Origin: Nitrospirota bacterium
Lineage (GTDB): Bacteria; Nitrospirota; Nitrospiria; Nitrospirales; Nitrospiraceae
Length of the DNA stretch: 64,000 nt
Direction of reading: 5' to 3'
Assembly: GCA_022545705.1 (NCBI GenBank)
Contig: JACZQN010000001.1
Coordinates: 940-64,939 of the forward strand
In this document: in pieces, positions 47,164 through 56,362 of the stretch
Layout of the letters: every line of letters starts with the position of its first letter
Numbering within the stretch: the stretch's first letter is position 1
Made by a program: the position numbers and the translations under genes
Notes under the pieces: generated by a model
What the model was told of the DNA's origin: nothing
What the model saw: only the letters and a program-made list of their open reading frames with translations
Database searches by the model: none

Positions 47164-47278
47164 TCGCCCCCTGCCGCTCCTCTGCGCCTCACGCGATGCC
47201 GCTGGCCTTCCCCACATCTGGACCTCACACCACGCTGTCGCGGCCTGTTGCCGAACGCTTCCTCTCAGCCACATCAGC

Positions 47279-49009
47279 ATGGCCTATTTCTCTCGCTTTT
47301 ACCCCTTTCTAAGGCCATACCTCCCCCAGATGCTGGGTGCCGCCGGGCTGGTGATGGCTGTCGCGCTCCTCAATCTTACCCTCCTGCGCTTGGCCGGCTA
47401 TCTGTGGGACATCATTACCGTCCAACGCGACGTCCGCGCCATGACGACCACGATCGGGATTTTCCTGGGTCTCGTCACTCTCCAAGGTCTGCTGTCCATG
47501 GGACACAGCTACCTCACCGCGTGGGTGTCCCAGCAGATCATGGCGGATTTCCGGACGCATGTCTTCGCGCATCTCCAGCGACTGTCGCTCAGCTTTTTTG
47601 CGAAACGCCGGACAGCCGAGCTCCTGTCGCGCCTCATGAACGATGTCAACGTCATTCAATCGACCGCGACCGAAACACCGATCGACTCGGCCAAGCAAGC
47701 GGTCACCTTCGTCGGTGGCGTCGCGTTTCTGCTGTTCATGAACTGGCGCCTGTGCCTCCTGATCCTCCTGCTGCTCCCGACTTTGGTGTTCGTGGCCAGG
47801 CTCTTCGGCAAGCGGCTGAAAGCACTCTCGACGACGATCCAAGACCACACCGCTGCGACCGCAACTGTGGTGGAGGAGGTCTTTTCCGGAATCCGGATCG
47901 TGAAGTCGTTTGTCCAGACCTCTCGCGAAGAGCGCCGGTTCGCGACGCAGGTTCGGAAGACCCTCGAGACCACTCTCAGCAGAGCGTCTGTCCTTGCTGT
48001 GTTTGTGCCGATCATTACGTTGCTGACCTTCGTGGCAGCCGGCGCCGTACTGTGGTATGGAGGGAACCAGGTGATCGAGGGCGACGTCTCTCCAGGTGAT
48101 CTGTTCGCCTTTGTGCTCTTCGCGGGCATCTTAATCGGTCCCTTTGGCTCGGCTGCGAGAGTCTTTGCCCAGATCAAGGAAGCACAAGGCGCCATGCAAC
48201 GGGTGTTTGAGATCCTCGATACACGACCTGAGATCATTGACTGGCCGGATGCCGAAGAGCTCCCACCCATCCACGGGCACGTGCGGGCCGACAAGGTGGG
48301 TTTCGCCTATGACCCTAGGCAGCCGGTGCTTTTTGACGTGTCTTTCGAAGTTCATCCAGGTCAGATGGTCGCGATCGTCGGGCCGACTGGCGCGGGTAAA
48401 ACCACGTTGGTGAACCTGCTGCACCGCTTCTATGATCCCACGGTCGGCTCGCTGGCCATCGACGGCCATAATCTTCGAACGGTTCGACTCGACAGCCTTT
48501 ACCGCCAGATCGCGTTGGTGCCCCAGGACATGATTCTGTTCGGAGGGCCTATTGTCGAGAATATTCGATACGGCCGCCAGGAAGCGACTGAGGAAGAGGT
48601 GATCGCCGCGAGCCGCGCAGCCAACGCGCACGACTTCATCAGCGCGATGCCCGACGGGTATCACACCATTGTGGGGGAGAAAGGAGTCAACTTGTCCGGC
48701 GGACAACGCCAACGGATCGCGATCGCCCGGGCGGTACTCAAGAATCCCAGGATCCTCATTCTGGACGAGGCGACCTCGGCTTTGGACTCTGAGTCCGAAA
48801 TGTTAGTTCAAGACGCGCTGGATCGATTGATGGCGGGCCGGACTACCTTCGTCATCGCCCATCGATTGACCACCGTGTTGCGGTCAGACCGCATCCTCGT
48901 GCTGAACCAAGGGCGGATTGTGGAGGAGGGCACCCACGCGGCACTCATGGAGCGCAAGGGACTCTATCACCATCTCTACACTCTTCGGCTGGTCGAAATG
49001 GCGACCTAA
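47279..49009 (+). CDS. ABC transporter permease/ATP-binding protein (MsbA-like exporter)
   Basis: Six-TM exporter domain, Walker A GPTGAGKTT, signature LSGGQRQR and Walker B ILILDEATSALD. Start at MAYFSRFYPFL. Confidence 0.9.
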   Translation: MAYFSRFYPFLRPYLPQMLGAAGLVMAVALLNLTLLRLAGYLWDIITVQRDVRAMTTTIGIFLGLVTLQGLLSMGHSYLTAWVSQQIMADFRTHVFAHLQRLSLSFFAKRRTAELLSRLMNDVNVIQSTATETPIDSAKQAVTFVGGVAFLLFMNWRLCLLILLLLPTLVFVARLFGKRLKALSTTIQDHTAATATVVEEVFSGIRIVKSFVQTSREERRFATQVRKTLETTLSRASVLAVFVPIITLLTFVAAGAVLWYGGNQVIEGDVSPGDLFAFVLFAGILIGPFGSAARVFAQIKEAQGAMQRVFEILDTRPEIIDWPDAEELPPIHGHVRADKVGFAYDPRQPVLFDVSFEVHPGQMVAIVGPTGAGKTTLVNLLHRFYDPTVGSLAIDGHNLRTVRLDSLYRQIALVPQDMILFGGPIVENIRYGRQEATEEEVIAASRAANAHDFISAMPDGYHTIVGEKGVNLSGGQRQRIAIARAVLKNPRILILDEATSALDSESEMLVQDALDRLMAGRTTFVIAHRLTTVLRSDRILVLNQGRIVEEGTHAALMERKGLYHHLYTLRLVEMAT

Positions 49010-49015
49010 GCATCG

Positions 49016-49693
49016 CTATTTGATCTTTGAAAAATCCGCCTCAAGAATATCCAGCCTGCCGTCGGTGAAAAAGACCTCCACCTTCGTCTTGGCATTCGGG
49101 TCGAAGCTGTCATAGGCGAACCGGGCGGTGAAACGGGACCGGTACCCTGGACCTTTCCCCGGATTCTTGCGTCCCCTCTCAGCGGGGCTGACGTCCACCG
49201 GCTGCACCCGCTTGGAGCCCTGCAGTAATGTGACCTGCGCACCCTCCGCAAAATACTCGTCGTCCCCGCATAGCTGAACCTCTATCTCCAGGTTCGGCAT
49301 CTCAAGGTATTTTCTGATCTTCTCGTCGGGCATCCGGATCTTTTTCTTTTGCCTCTTGGATTCCGTGGCCTCTTTGCGGCCAAATGACTCCAACCAGAAG
49401 CGCTTGGTGCGCAAGATGGCGCTGGTGCCGCAGGGATCGGTTTCCGGATCAGCCCCAACCCGCGTCACTTTGGAGGCTCGCTGCATGATCTCCCTGACCT
49501 CCTCAGCGCTGTTGGCCTTGAGCATCGGCTCACGGCCTGCAGCGAGCGCTTCCTTGCCCTCGTCCACCGTGAGTTTGACGTCGATGGGGTACGCCGGGCT
49601 TCCCAAGACCGCCATCACCCACCAGAAGCTCAGGACGCTGAGCACGAGGCTGGAGACCCTTACCCGTTGACCGTGTAGAAATCCTTGAACCAT
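49016..49693 (-). CDS. hypothetical secreted protein
   Basis: GAAGGAGGA RBS and signal peptide VSSLVLSVLSFWWVMAVLGSPA. The ORF-track upstream extension overlaps maf and was dropped. Confidence 0.6.
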   Translation of the reverse strand: MVQGFLHGQRVRVSSLVLSVLSFWWVMAVLGSPAYPIDVKLTVDEGKEALAAGREPMLKANSAEEVREIMQRASKVTRVGADPETDPCGTSAILRTKRFWLESFGRKEATESKRQKKKIRMPDEKIRKYLEMPNLEIEVQLCGDDEYFAEGAQVTLLQGSKRVQPVDVSPAERGRKNPGKGPGYRSRFTARFAYDSFDPNAKTKVEVFFTDGRLDILEADFSKIK

Positions 49694-49775
49694 GAGGTCC
49701 TCCTTCGGGCAGCGCCACAAACCACTGTCCATCATTCTAAGGAAAAAGCCGTACCAATGCAATCGGCGATGGCGG

Positions 49776-50432
49776 TCAACCAGCTCGCGGTGGCGCGTCA
49801 TCATCCGCGAACAGGCCCCAATTGGGGTAGGGCTTGTTGCAGTAAAGCGCCGCCACATCGATCGGAACACAGACCCCACGGGCCGCCAGCAGGGTAGCGG
49901 TGAGCCTGAGGGGCAAGCCGACTGCTGCCGTATAGTCGCCGTCAATTCTAGCGATGAGTCGTCCGCCGGTACCCTGGATGGAATATCCACCCGCTTTTCC
50001 GACCCACTCCCCGGTATGGAGATACGCCTCCACCTCCGGATCACGCAGGTCGTGCATCCACACCCGAACGCTTTCCACCGCGACATCCTGAATGCTGTCC
50101 CGCTGTCGGCAGAGCGCCACCGCGGAGTGGACTGTATGATCCCGCCCCCGAAGCCGCTTCAGCATGCTGCCAGCTTCAGCCAGATCTTGCGGTTTTCCGA
50201 GAGACTCCGCGCCAAGCGCGATCAGGGTATCACTCCCCAGCACCCACCGGTCGGGGAATCGGTCGATGCAGGAGCGTGCCTTGCCCACCGCAATGGTACG
50301 GACCAGTTCCTCAGCCGTCGGCCCGGCGCGGAATGATTCTTCAAATGTCGGCTTAGCAACCTCGAACGGAATCTGCAGCAACGCCAGCAACTCTTTACGC
50401 CTGGGAGAGGTCGAGGCGAGCAGAACCGTCAT
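49776..50432 (-). CDS. maf: Maf-family nucleoside triphosphate pyrophosphatase
   Basis: N-terminal LASTSPRRKELL and GKAGGYSIQG. Confidence 0.88.
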   Translation of the reverse strand: MTVLLASTSPRRKELLALLQIPFEVAKPTFEESFRAGPTAEELVRTIAVGKARSCIDRFPDRWVLGSDTLIALGAESLGKPQDLAEAGSMLKRLRGRDHTVHSAVALCRQRDSIQDVAVESVRVWMHDLRDPEVEAYLHTGEWVGKAGGYSIQGTGGRLIARIDGDYTAAVGLPLRLTATLLAARGVCVPIDVAALYCNKPYPNWGLFADDDAPPRAG

Positions 50433-50436
50433 CAGA

Positions 50437-51609
50437 TCAGGTGCAGGAAACGGCGCAGCGAGGCGCCACGTCCGAAAGGCTGCGGGTTGCCGGTGTGGAG
50501 GCGATCAGGTTGCCAGCATCAAACTCTGCGAGAATCCGCCTGACATCCTCGCTGTTTGAAGCACAAACCATGCGCGCCCGCATGGCCGCTGCGCTGGGGA
50601 ATCCCTTGCAATACCAGCCTAGGTGTTTCCGCATGCGCGGAAATCGGTCCACTCCCATGACCGCTTCGAACTGCCGGGCATGATCCACCATGACCCTGAA
50701 CCGCTCCCTAAGACTGACCTCTTCGTCCAGCAGGGTTGACATGCCTTCACGCACCGCCGTACGGGCTGCACCTTTCATCCGAAAGAACCATGGGCTCCCG
50801 AGAACACCGCGCCCCACGAGCACCCCGTCCACGCCGTGCGCCTGGACTCGGTGAACCACCTCCTGGAGCGAACGGACATCCCCGTTGCCCAACAACAGGG
50901 TCTTCGATCCACGGACCACGCAAGCTGCTCGTTCGATGGCGTTCCAGTCCGCCTCACCACGATACATCTGCTCAAGTGTCCGCCCGTGTACCGAAATCAC
51001 CGCGGGCTGTTCCTCCAACAAATGACTGACCCACCGCTCGATGATGACCGAATCATATCCCAGCCGCGTTTTGACCGAGAGCGGGATAATCCGGCGTGGA
51101 CACACTGGCAACCCGCAACGGCGCAGGTTCATGCTGTGAAGAAGGTCCGCGCGCGCCGATTTTAACCCGGCTCCAGCCGGGGGCTGGCCTGCCGCCCAAT
51201 CCAGGATGCCCTGGCGTGCTGCCCGCATGACGGCATGGGCCAGGTCCGGCGACCGGATGAGTCCACCGCCTGATCCAGAAGACGCCACATTGCGTGATGG
51301 GCACCCCATATTGATATCCAAGCCGTCAAATCCTAACTCGCAGACGGCGTGGGCCGCTTCATAAAACAGGTCAGGGTCCTTCCCGTACAACTGCGCGACC
51401 ACGGGTCGCTCAAGCTCGCTGTACACGAGGGAGGACAGTAGGAAATCCGGACCGCGGCAGATATCACCGACGCTCGTAAATTCCGTGAACGTCACGTCCG
51501 GCACGCCTTCCGTGGCCACCACCCGCCGAAACGCCGCGTCCGTGACCCCATCCATGGGCGAGAGCCCGATGATGGTCCGAGGGAGTATCCACCAGAAGGG
51601 GACATCCAT
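50437..51609 (-). CDS. dus: tRNA-dihydrouridine synthase
   Basis: LSPMDGVTDAAFRR, DGLDINMGCP and the FMN-binding TIM-barrel pattern. Confidence 0.88.
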   Translation of the reverse strand: MDVPFWWILPRTIIGLSPMDGVTDAAFRRVVATEGVPDVTFTEFTSVGDICRGPDFLLSSLVYSELERPVVAQLYGKDPDLFYEAAHAVCELGFDGLDINMGCPSRNVASSGSGGGLIRSPDLAHAVMRAARQGILDWAAGQPPAGAGLKSARADLLHSMNLRRCGLPVCPRRIIPLSVKTRLGYDSVIIERWVSHLLEEQPAVISVHGRTLEQMYRGEADWNAIERAACVVRGSKTLLLGNGDVRSLQEVVHRVQAHGVDGVLVGRGVLGSPWFFRMKGAARTAVREGMSTLLDEEVSLRERFRVMVDHARQFEAVMGVDRFPRMRKHLGWYCKGFPSAAAMRARMVCASNSEDVRRILAEFDAGNLIASTPATRSLSDVAPRCAVSCT

Positions 51610-51632
51610 GGCTAATCGTCCAGCGTCATTGG

Positions 51633-52133
51633 TCATTCGTGAGTCGGCTGACAAGCCAGGAAGCTTGCAGGCTGACAGGGTCCGGATGTCAGCTTCTGAG
51701 ACGGTCCGCTTGTGACCCTCGTCGAATCGCTCACCTTGCACGATCTACCTAAGCCCGATGGGGAAGCTGAGCGAGCGCGAAGGCATGGCCATTTGTTGTG
51801 ATTCCGTCCTCGGGCTTTTTTCGGACCGGGATTCACGTGGGAGGCTCCTGTGCTCAGCTCAGATTCGACGGGGGCGTCAGGCTCCAGGTCTGGTTGAGTC
51901 ACCCACACTCCCTTGGCGTGGTACGCCAGGAGAGCGGAAGGCCGACGACGGCGTATCGTGGCCAGAGCCGCAGACGAGCCCTTGCAAACCTCGAGATAGC
52001 CATACTTGAGGTCATGAGCTTCCAGTGCTGCAAGCCATTCCAGTAGGTCCGGACTATAGACCTCCTCAGACAGACCCACCCCGTGGCGGGGAATGGCGGA
52101 AACCCTACGCAGAGATTTTTGCTCTACCGACAT
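51633..52133 (-). pseudogene. possible DUF692-like (UPF0276) N-terminal remnant
   Basis: The first ~95 codons (HGVGLSEEVYSPDLLEWL...YLEV...LLAYHAKGV) weakly resemble the start of DUF692 TIM-barrel proteins. The remaining ~70 codons are R/S/P-rich low complexity. Confidence 0.25.
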
Positions 52134-52219
52134 GACGAAAACCTCGGACTGATGATATGGGAGCGAGTGTAGTCGTTAGCCCCTTAGTTTGACAAGCGCG
52201 AACGCTTCTCTTGGGACTT

Positions 52220-52248
52220 TTGACCAGGTTCCCATCATCAAGTACAAT
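52220..52248 (+). promoter_or_regulatory. near-consensus sigma-70 promoter
   Basis: TTGACC (52220-52225), 17 nt, TACAAT (52243-52248). Confidence 0.55.
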
Positions 52249-52251
52249 TTA

Positions 52252-52529
52252 GGCTCTACCGGCTTTCGTGTGGGTAAAGCCAGGCCTGGGGAAGGGTGAG
52301 CGCTGACTTCGCCGGAGGAGCTGGGGACCCACCGAGGTCTTGCCAAGCAGGAAAGCCGAAACTGACCAAGGGACCACGGTCGCCAGACCGTGGCCGCGCG
52401 AATTTCGGAAGGCCTTCCGCTTGGCAAGACCCGGTATGGGTCACTCCGAGAGGCGCGGAAGCGCGAACCCTTTCCCCGGCCTCACGTATTCCGAAGACTA
52501 CAGGTACCCACACAAGATCCTGAAGAGCC
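52252..52529 (+). ncRNA. candidate ~280-nt rod-like structured RNA (unclassified; alternatively a hairpin MITE or a 5' leader of the LOG gene)
   Basis: Eight strictly nested helices, including a perfect 13-bp stem (52336-52348/52419-52431) and the apical hairpin 52374-52393. Starts a few nt after the promoter. The ORFs called here overlap each other and are low complexity. Confidence 0.4.
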
Positions 52530-52578
52530 ACAATTTAGAACGCTTCGCTTTTCAACATTTTTCCCAAGAGGCACCAGG

Positions 52579-53667
52579 ATGCGCAAGCCTGCAACCGCAA
52601 GTCGCCCGGCACCGACCAACGAGGAGACTTTGGCTCAGGTCCAAGCCCTCCTCGACGACTCGACGAATGACTTCCAATCGGTCTTATTGAAAGAAATGAT
52701 TGCAGGCGTGCTGAAGCTCAAGGACGCTCGGCTGGATACGCTTGACATCAAGATCCTCAATCGGACGCTCAAAGAACTCCGCCATGCCTTCACGGTCTTC
52801 CACGACTATCGTGATCGGCTGAAAGTCAGCGTGTTCGGTTCGGCCAGGACTCAGCCCGAGGATCCCAACTATCAACTGGCCTTTCGGTTCGCGGGCTGCC
52901 TGGTCGAGCGCGGATACATGGTCATCACGGGCGGGGCGGATGGCATCATGCGCGCCGCTCAGGAAGGCGCGGGCCGGGACCACAGCTTCGGCGTCAACAT
53001 CATGCTGCCGTTTGAACAAGGGGCCAACACCGTGATTGCGGACGACCCCAAGCTGGTGACCTTCAAATATTTCTTCGCTCGGAAGCTGCTATTCGTGAAG
53101 GAGTCCCACGCGGCTGCCCTGTTTCCAGGGGGGTTCGGCACACATGACGAGGGGTTCGAAGTCCTCACGCTCGCTCAGACGGGGAAGAGTAACCCTCAAC
53201 CCATCGTCTGCATCCAGGCGCCGGGATGCGACTACTGGGATCACTGGCGCAGGTTCATCACTGACCAACTGCTGACACGTCACCTGATCAACGAGGAAGA
53301 TCTGGCCCTGTTTCGGGTCTTCGAGTCAGAAAAAGCCGCGGTGGAGGAGATAGAGACCTTTTACCGCATCTATCATTCGATCAGATTCGTGGACCGGCAA
53401 CTCGTCATGCGACTCAAATGCCGTCTCTCCGACGACCAGCTTGAGACACTGAATACGGACTTCAGTGATCTCCTGGAGCGAGGCTCGTTCGCGCAGGGGG
53501 CCCCACTGCCTGAGGAACATGAGGAGCTGAGCCTGCAAGACCTGCCCCGCCTCATCTTCTTGTATAACCACCGGAGCGCGGGCCGGTTGCGCCAGCTGAT
53601 CGACCGCATTAACAGCTTCCCGCTCTCGTCCACGACGGCGTCCCCCAATACATCCACAGCCGTCTAA
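52579..53667 (+). CDS. LOG-family protein (TIGR00730 Rossmann-fold; long PpnN/YgdH-like form)
   Basis: VSVFGSAR, ITGGADGIMRAAQEGA and PGGFGTHDE motifs with extra N- and C-terminal domains. AAGAGG RBS before ATG 52579. Confidence 0.85.
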   Translation: MRKPATASRPAPTNEETLAQVQALLDDSTNDFQSVLLKEMIAGVLKLKDARLDTLDIKILNRTLKELRHAFTVFHDYRDRLKVSVFGSARTQPEDPNYQLAFRFAGCLVERGYMVITGGADGIMRAAQEGAGRDHSFGVNIMLPFEQGANTVIADDPKLVTFKYFFARKLLFVKESHAAALFPGGFGTHDEGFEVLTLAQTGKSNPQPIVCIQAPGCDYWDHWRRFITDQLLTRHLINEEDLALFRVFESEKAAVEEIETFYRIYHSIRFVDRQLVMRLKCRLSDDQLETLNTDFSDLLERGSFAQGAPLPEEHEELSLQDLPRLIFLYNHRSAGRLRQLIDRINSFPLSSTTASPNTSTAV

Positions 53668-53746
53668 GCGGTAGAGTCGCTGGGCACATTCCGATGGAGA
53701 GGATTTTCTCCGGCCGCCTAAGCGTGGTATGCTGTGTGGAGAGGTT

Positions 53747-54625
53747 ATGACGGGGACCCAAGAGAAGCCAAGCTTTTCTCCGATTCCAGAGGTGATCTTG
53801 TACCACGCGGAGTGCCTGGACGGGTTCGCCGCCGCCTGGGCCATCTGGAAGCGAGTCCCTTCAGCACGGTTTGTTCCTGTGAAGCATGGTGACCTGCCAC
53901 CTCATGAACTCACTGGACGACATGTCGTCATTGTGGACTTCAGTTACTCGCGCGCAATCCTCCTGAAGCTGGCCGGTGACGCGGCCAGCCTCAAAGTACT
54001 GGATCATCATATCACCGCCGAGGAGGCCCTCAAGGGGCTTCCCTTCGCATACTTCGATCAGAAGAAATCCGGCGCCGTCCTAGCCTGGGAATGGACACAC
54101 GCGCAACCCGTTCCCTGGCTGCTTCAATACGTACAAGACAAAGACCTCTGGCAGTGGGCCTTGCCCGGCAGTCGCGAGATCAATGCGGCCCTCTCCTCCT
54201 ACCCGTTCGACTTTCACATCTGGGACGAGCTTCGACAGGAGGCGTTGGAGGAGGAAGGGCGAGCAATCCTGCGTTACGAAAGCGAACTCGTGAGGAAAAT
54301 CGCGGAGGAAGCGGTGATGGTTTCTTTCGACGGCGAAACCGTGCCCGCCGTGCAGAGCTCGGTCCTCACCAGTCAACTTGGTGAACGCCTCTCCCTCGGC
54401 TATTCCTTCTGTGTCATCTGGCACGATCGGGACGGCCGTCGCTACTATAGCCTCCGATCGCGCGAGGAGGGCGCGAATGTGGCGGCTATCGCTCAGGCGT
54501 ATGAGGGCGGCGGTCATACGCACGCCGCAGGATTTTCTATCCCGCTTGGCCCGGATTACCCCTCACCGATGAGTCCCATCTCCCAAGGTAAAAGGCAAAA
54601 GGTAAAAGGTAAAAGGAGGGACTGA
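53747..54625 (+). CDS. DHH/DHHA1-family phosphoesterase
   Basis: YHAECLDG, VIVDFSY, LDHH and C-terminal GGGHTHAAG. The lysine-rich tail is encoded by the heptamer repeat. Confidence 0.8.
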   Translation: MTGTQEKPSFSPIPEVILYHAECLDGFAAAWAIWKRVPSARFVPVKHGDLPPHELTGRHVVIVDFSYSRAILLKLAGDAASLKVLDHHITAEEALKGLPFAYFDQKKSGAVLAWEWTHAQPVPWLLQYVQDKDLWQWALPGSREINAALSSYPFDFHIWDELRQEALEEEGRAILRYESELVRKIAEEAVMVSFDGETVPAVQSSVLTSQLGERLSLGYSFCVIWHDRDGRRYYSLRSREEGANVAAIAQAYEGGGHTHAAGFSIPLGPDYPSPMSPISQGKRQKVKGKRRD

Positions 54626-54701
54626 AGTTTTACCTGAAAGGACAACCGAATGCGCGTAGCCGAGAGGCCTCATTTTTGCCTTTTGCCTTTTAACTTTTGC
54701 C
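54587..54701 (+). repeat. GGYAAAA heptamer array and its inverted complement, forming a ~23-bp stem
   Basis: GGTAAAAGGCAAAAGGTAAAAGGTAAAAGG (54587-54616) pairs with GCCTTTTGCCTTTTAACTTTTGCC (54678-54701), with one mismatch and one G-U. The loop is about 61 nt. Confidence 0.6.
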
Positions 54702-54714
54702 TTATGTTATTCCG

Positions 54715-55440
54715 ATGATTCCGCTCCACGACGACAACCCCACATCTCTTACTCCGATCGTGACCGTCGCATTCATCGTGGCCTGCTCCCTCGTCTTTTT
54801 TTACCAAGTCTCACTCCCTCCGGTGCCGGGGGAGGTATTCGTGTTCCGCTATGGGGCCATTCCGGCTTTGTTATTCGGAAACGCAGCCGATTTGGGCGCG
54901 GACTTCGTCGTAGTCCCCGCCTCCATCAGCCTGATGACAAGCATGTTTTTGCACGGGGGGTGGATGCACTTGATCGGGAACATGCTGTACCTGTGGATCT
55001 TCGGAAACAACATCGAAGATGTCATGGGACATACCAAGTTCATCCTGTTCTACCTGCTCTGCGGCGTCTTGGCCGCCTTGAGCCACGCACTGACGGATCC
55101 TTCTTCTCCCATACCGATGGTCGGGGCAAGTGGGGCCATCTCTGGTGTCCTCGGCGCGTACCTGTTGCTCTTTCCACGGGCTCAGGTCATGATCCTCATC
55201 CCGCTGGGCATCTTCACCCGACTCATGTACGTGCCGGCCGGTTTTGTTCTGGGATTCTGGTTCCTGATGCAAATATTGAGCGGGGGGGCGAGTCTCGGTC
55301 GTGGCGGAGGCGGGGTTGCGTGGTTTGCGCACGTCGGAGGATTCCTAGCGGGTATGGTGCTCATCGGCCTGTTCAAGCGACCTGACGTCCGCTTCTTTGC
55401 CCCAGGTCGGCATCGATCCTGGCGCCGAGCTGACTGGTAG
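54715..55440 (+). CDS. rhomboid-family intramembrane serine protease
   Basis: HLIGNMLYLWIFGNN, catalytic GASGAISGVLGAY and AHVGGFLAG. Start at MIPLHDDNP. Confidence 0.88.
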   Translation: MIPLHDDNPTSLTPIVTVAFIVACSLVFFYQVSLPPVPGEVFVFRYGAIPALLFGNAADLGADFVVVPASISLMTSMFLHGGWMHLIGNMLYLWIFGNNIEDVMGHTKFILFYLLCGVLAALSHALTDPSSPIPMVGASGAISGVLGAYLLLFPRAQVMILIPLGIFTRLMYVPAGFVLGFWFLMQILSGGASLGRGGGGVAWFAHVGGFLAGMVLIGLFKRPDVRFFAPGRHRSWRRADW

Positions 55441-55591
55441 CACGAGCACCCCATGGGTGAGATCTTTTGTGCCGACCCCGGTGCCATTCGGACTCCGGGC
55501 GACGGTTCCTCGAACCACCCGTCCGGCACCGGGCGACGCGCGGGCGTGACCGACCGGCAATGCCTCCGTCGTCGCGTCACCCTGAGTCTGA

Positions 55592-56080
55592 TCAGTAGGG
55601 ACGACCATACAGCCGGCTCTCGATCGTGCGCCGGAGTCGCTCTTCCTCCTCCTTCCCTATCTTGATAAATTCAAGACCCATCCGCTTGCCCTCAACGGAC
55701 TTCACCACAGCCCCTTCAACCTGCACCGGCGGTTCATGCTCGGCAACCTCGATCCTTAACCTGAGGCAGGCCCCCTCTTGTGCTGGCACATTGCCATCGA
55801 TCGTACAGCCTCGAATCGAGAGATTGACCAGAGTCCCCTGCGCCACTTCCGCCTCGTCGCCTGAAAAGGCAGAGCCAAAGACGACCGGGTATCGGACGAG
55901 TATTCGCTCATAATCGCGATGAGGGTTGTAGCTTGGACGGCCGGAAAAGGCCAGAAAGCGATGCGTGCAAAGCTGACAGCGAAACGGATACACGGTCACC
56001 ACGCGCAACAAGCGCTCAAGCACCCCTCGCCGGGGAGACTGACGCACAATCCACATGTTGCATCGTGGGCAATTCGGCAT
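55592..56080 (-). CDS. PilZ domain-containing protein with N-terminal zinc-ribbon-like Cys pairs
   Basis: CPRC...CQLC N-terminus, and a PilZ-like beta-barrel (RILVRYPVVF...GTLVNLSIRGC...MGLEF). Confidence 0.7.
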   Translation of the reverse strand: MPNCPRCNMWIVRQSPRRGVLERLLRVVTVYPFRCQLCTHRFLAFSGRPSYNPHRDYERILVRYPVVFGSAFSGDEAEVAQGTLVNLSIRGCTIDGNVPAQEGACLRLRIEVAEHEPPVQVEGAVVKSVEGKRMGLEFIKIGKEEEERLRRTIESRLYGRPY

Positions 56081-56362
56081 CTCTCGGATGACCCCTTATG
56101 TGATCCTCACGACCTGTGACCCGTGCACTGTGTGCGGATTGCACAGATTCTAGCCTATCCACGGCCCTCGGCTAACGCTGTGCCCTGTCCTACGTGAGTC
56201 ATAGCCTGTTGACGAATGGCTCCCATCGGGGCTCAGACTTTCTCTCGGGGATTGGTCACCCTAGTCGGTGATCCCCCGGATGCGACGACGGATTCACCGG
56301 CACGAAAGGGAGCGCTCAGCGTGAGTCCGCTGTCATCAGTGCTGCAGCGTCCCGGCGTGGTG

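Noticed and set aside
52252-52529. RNase P RNA, tmRNA, SRP RNA or guanidine/ykkC-type riboswitch identity for the hairpin element
   Set aside because: There is no GAGGAAAGUCCGGGC / ACAGAA.CCGGCUUA (RNase P), no tRNA-like CCA end or tag ORF (tmRNA), and no domain IV GGAA motif context (SRP). The GGUCACUCCGAGAG stretch only superficially resembles the ykkC GGUCCGAGAG.
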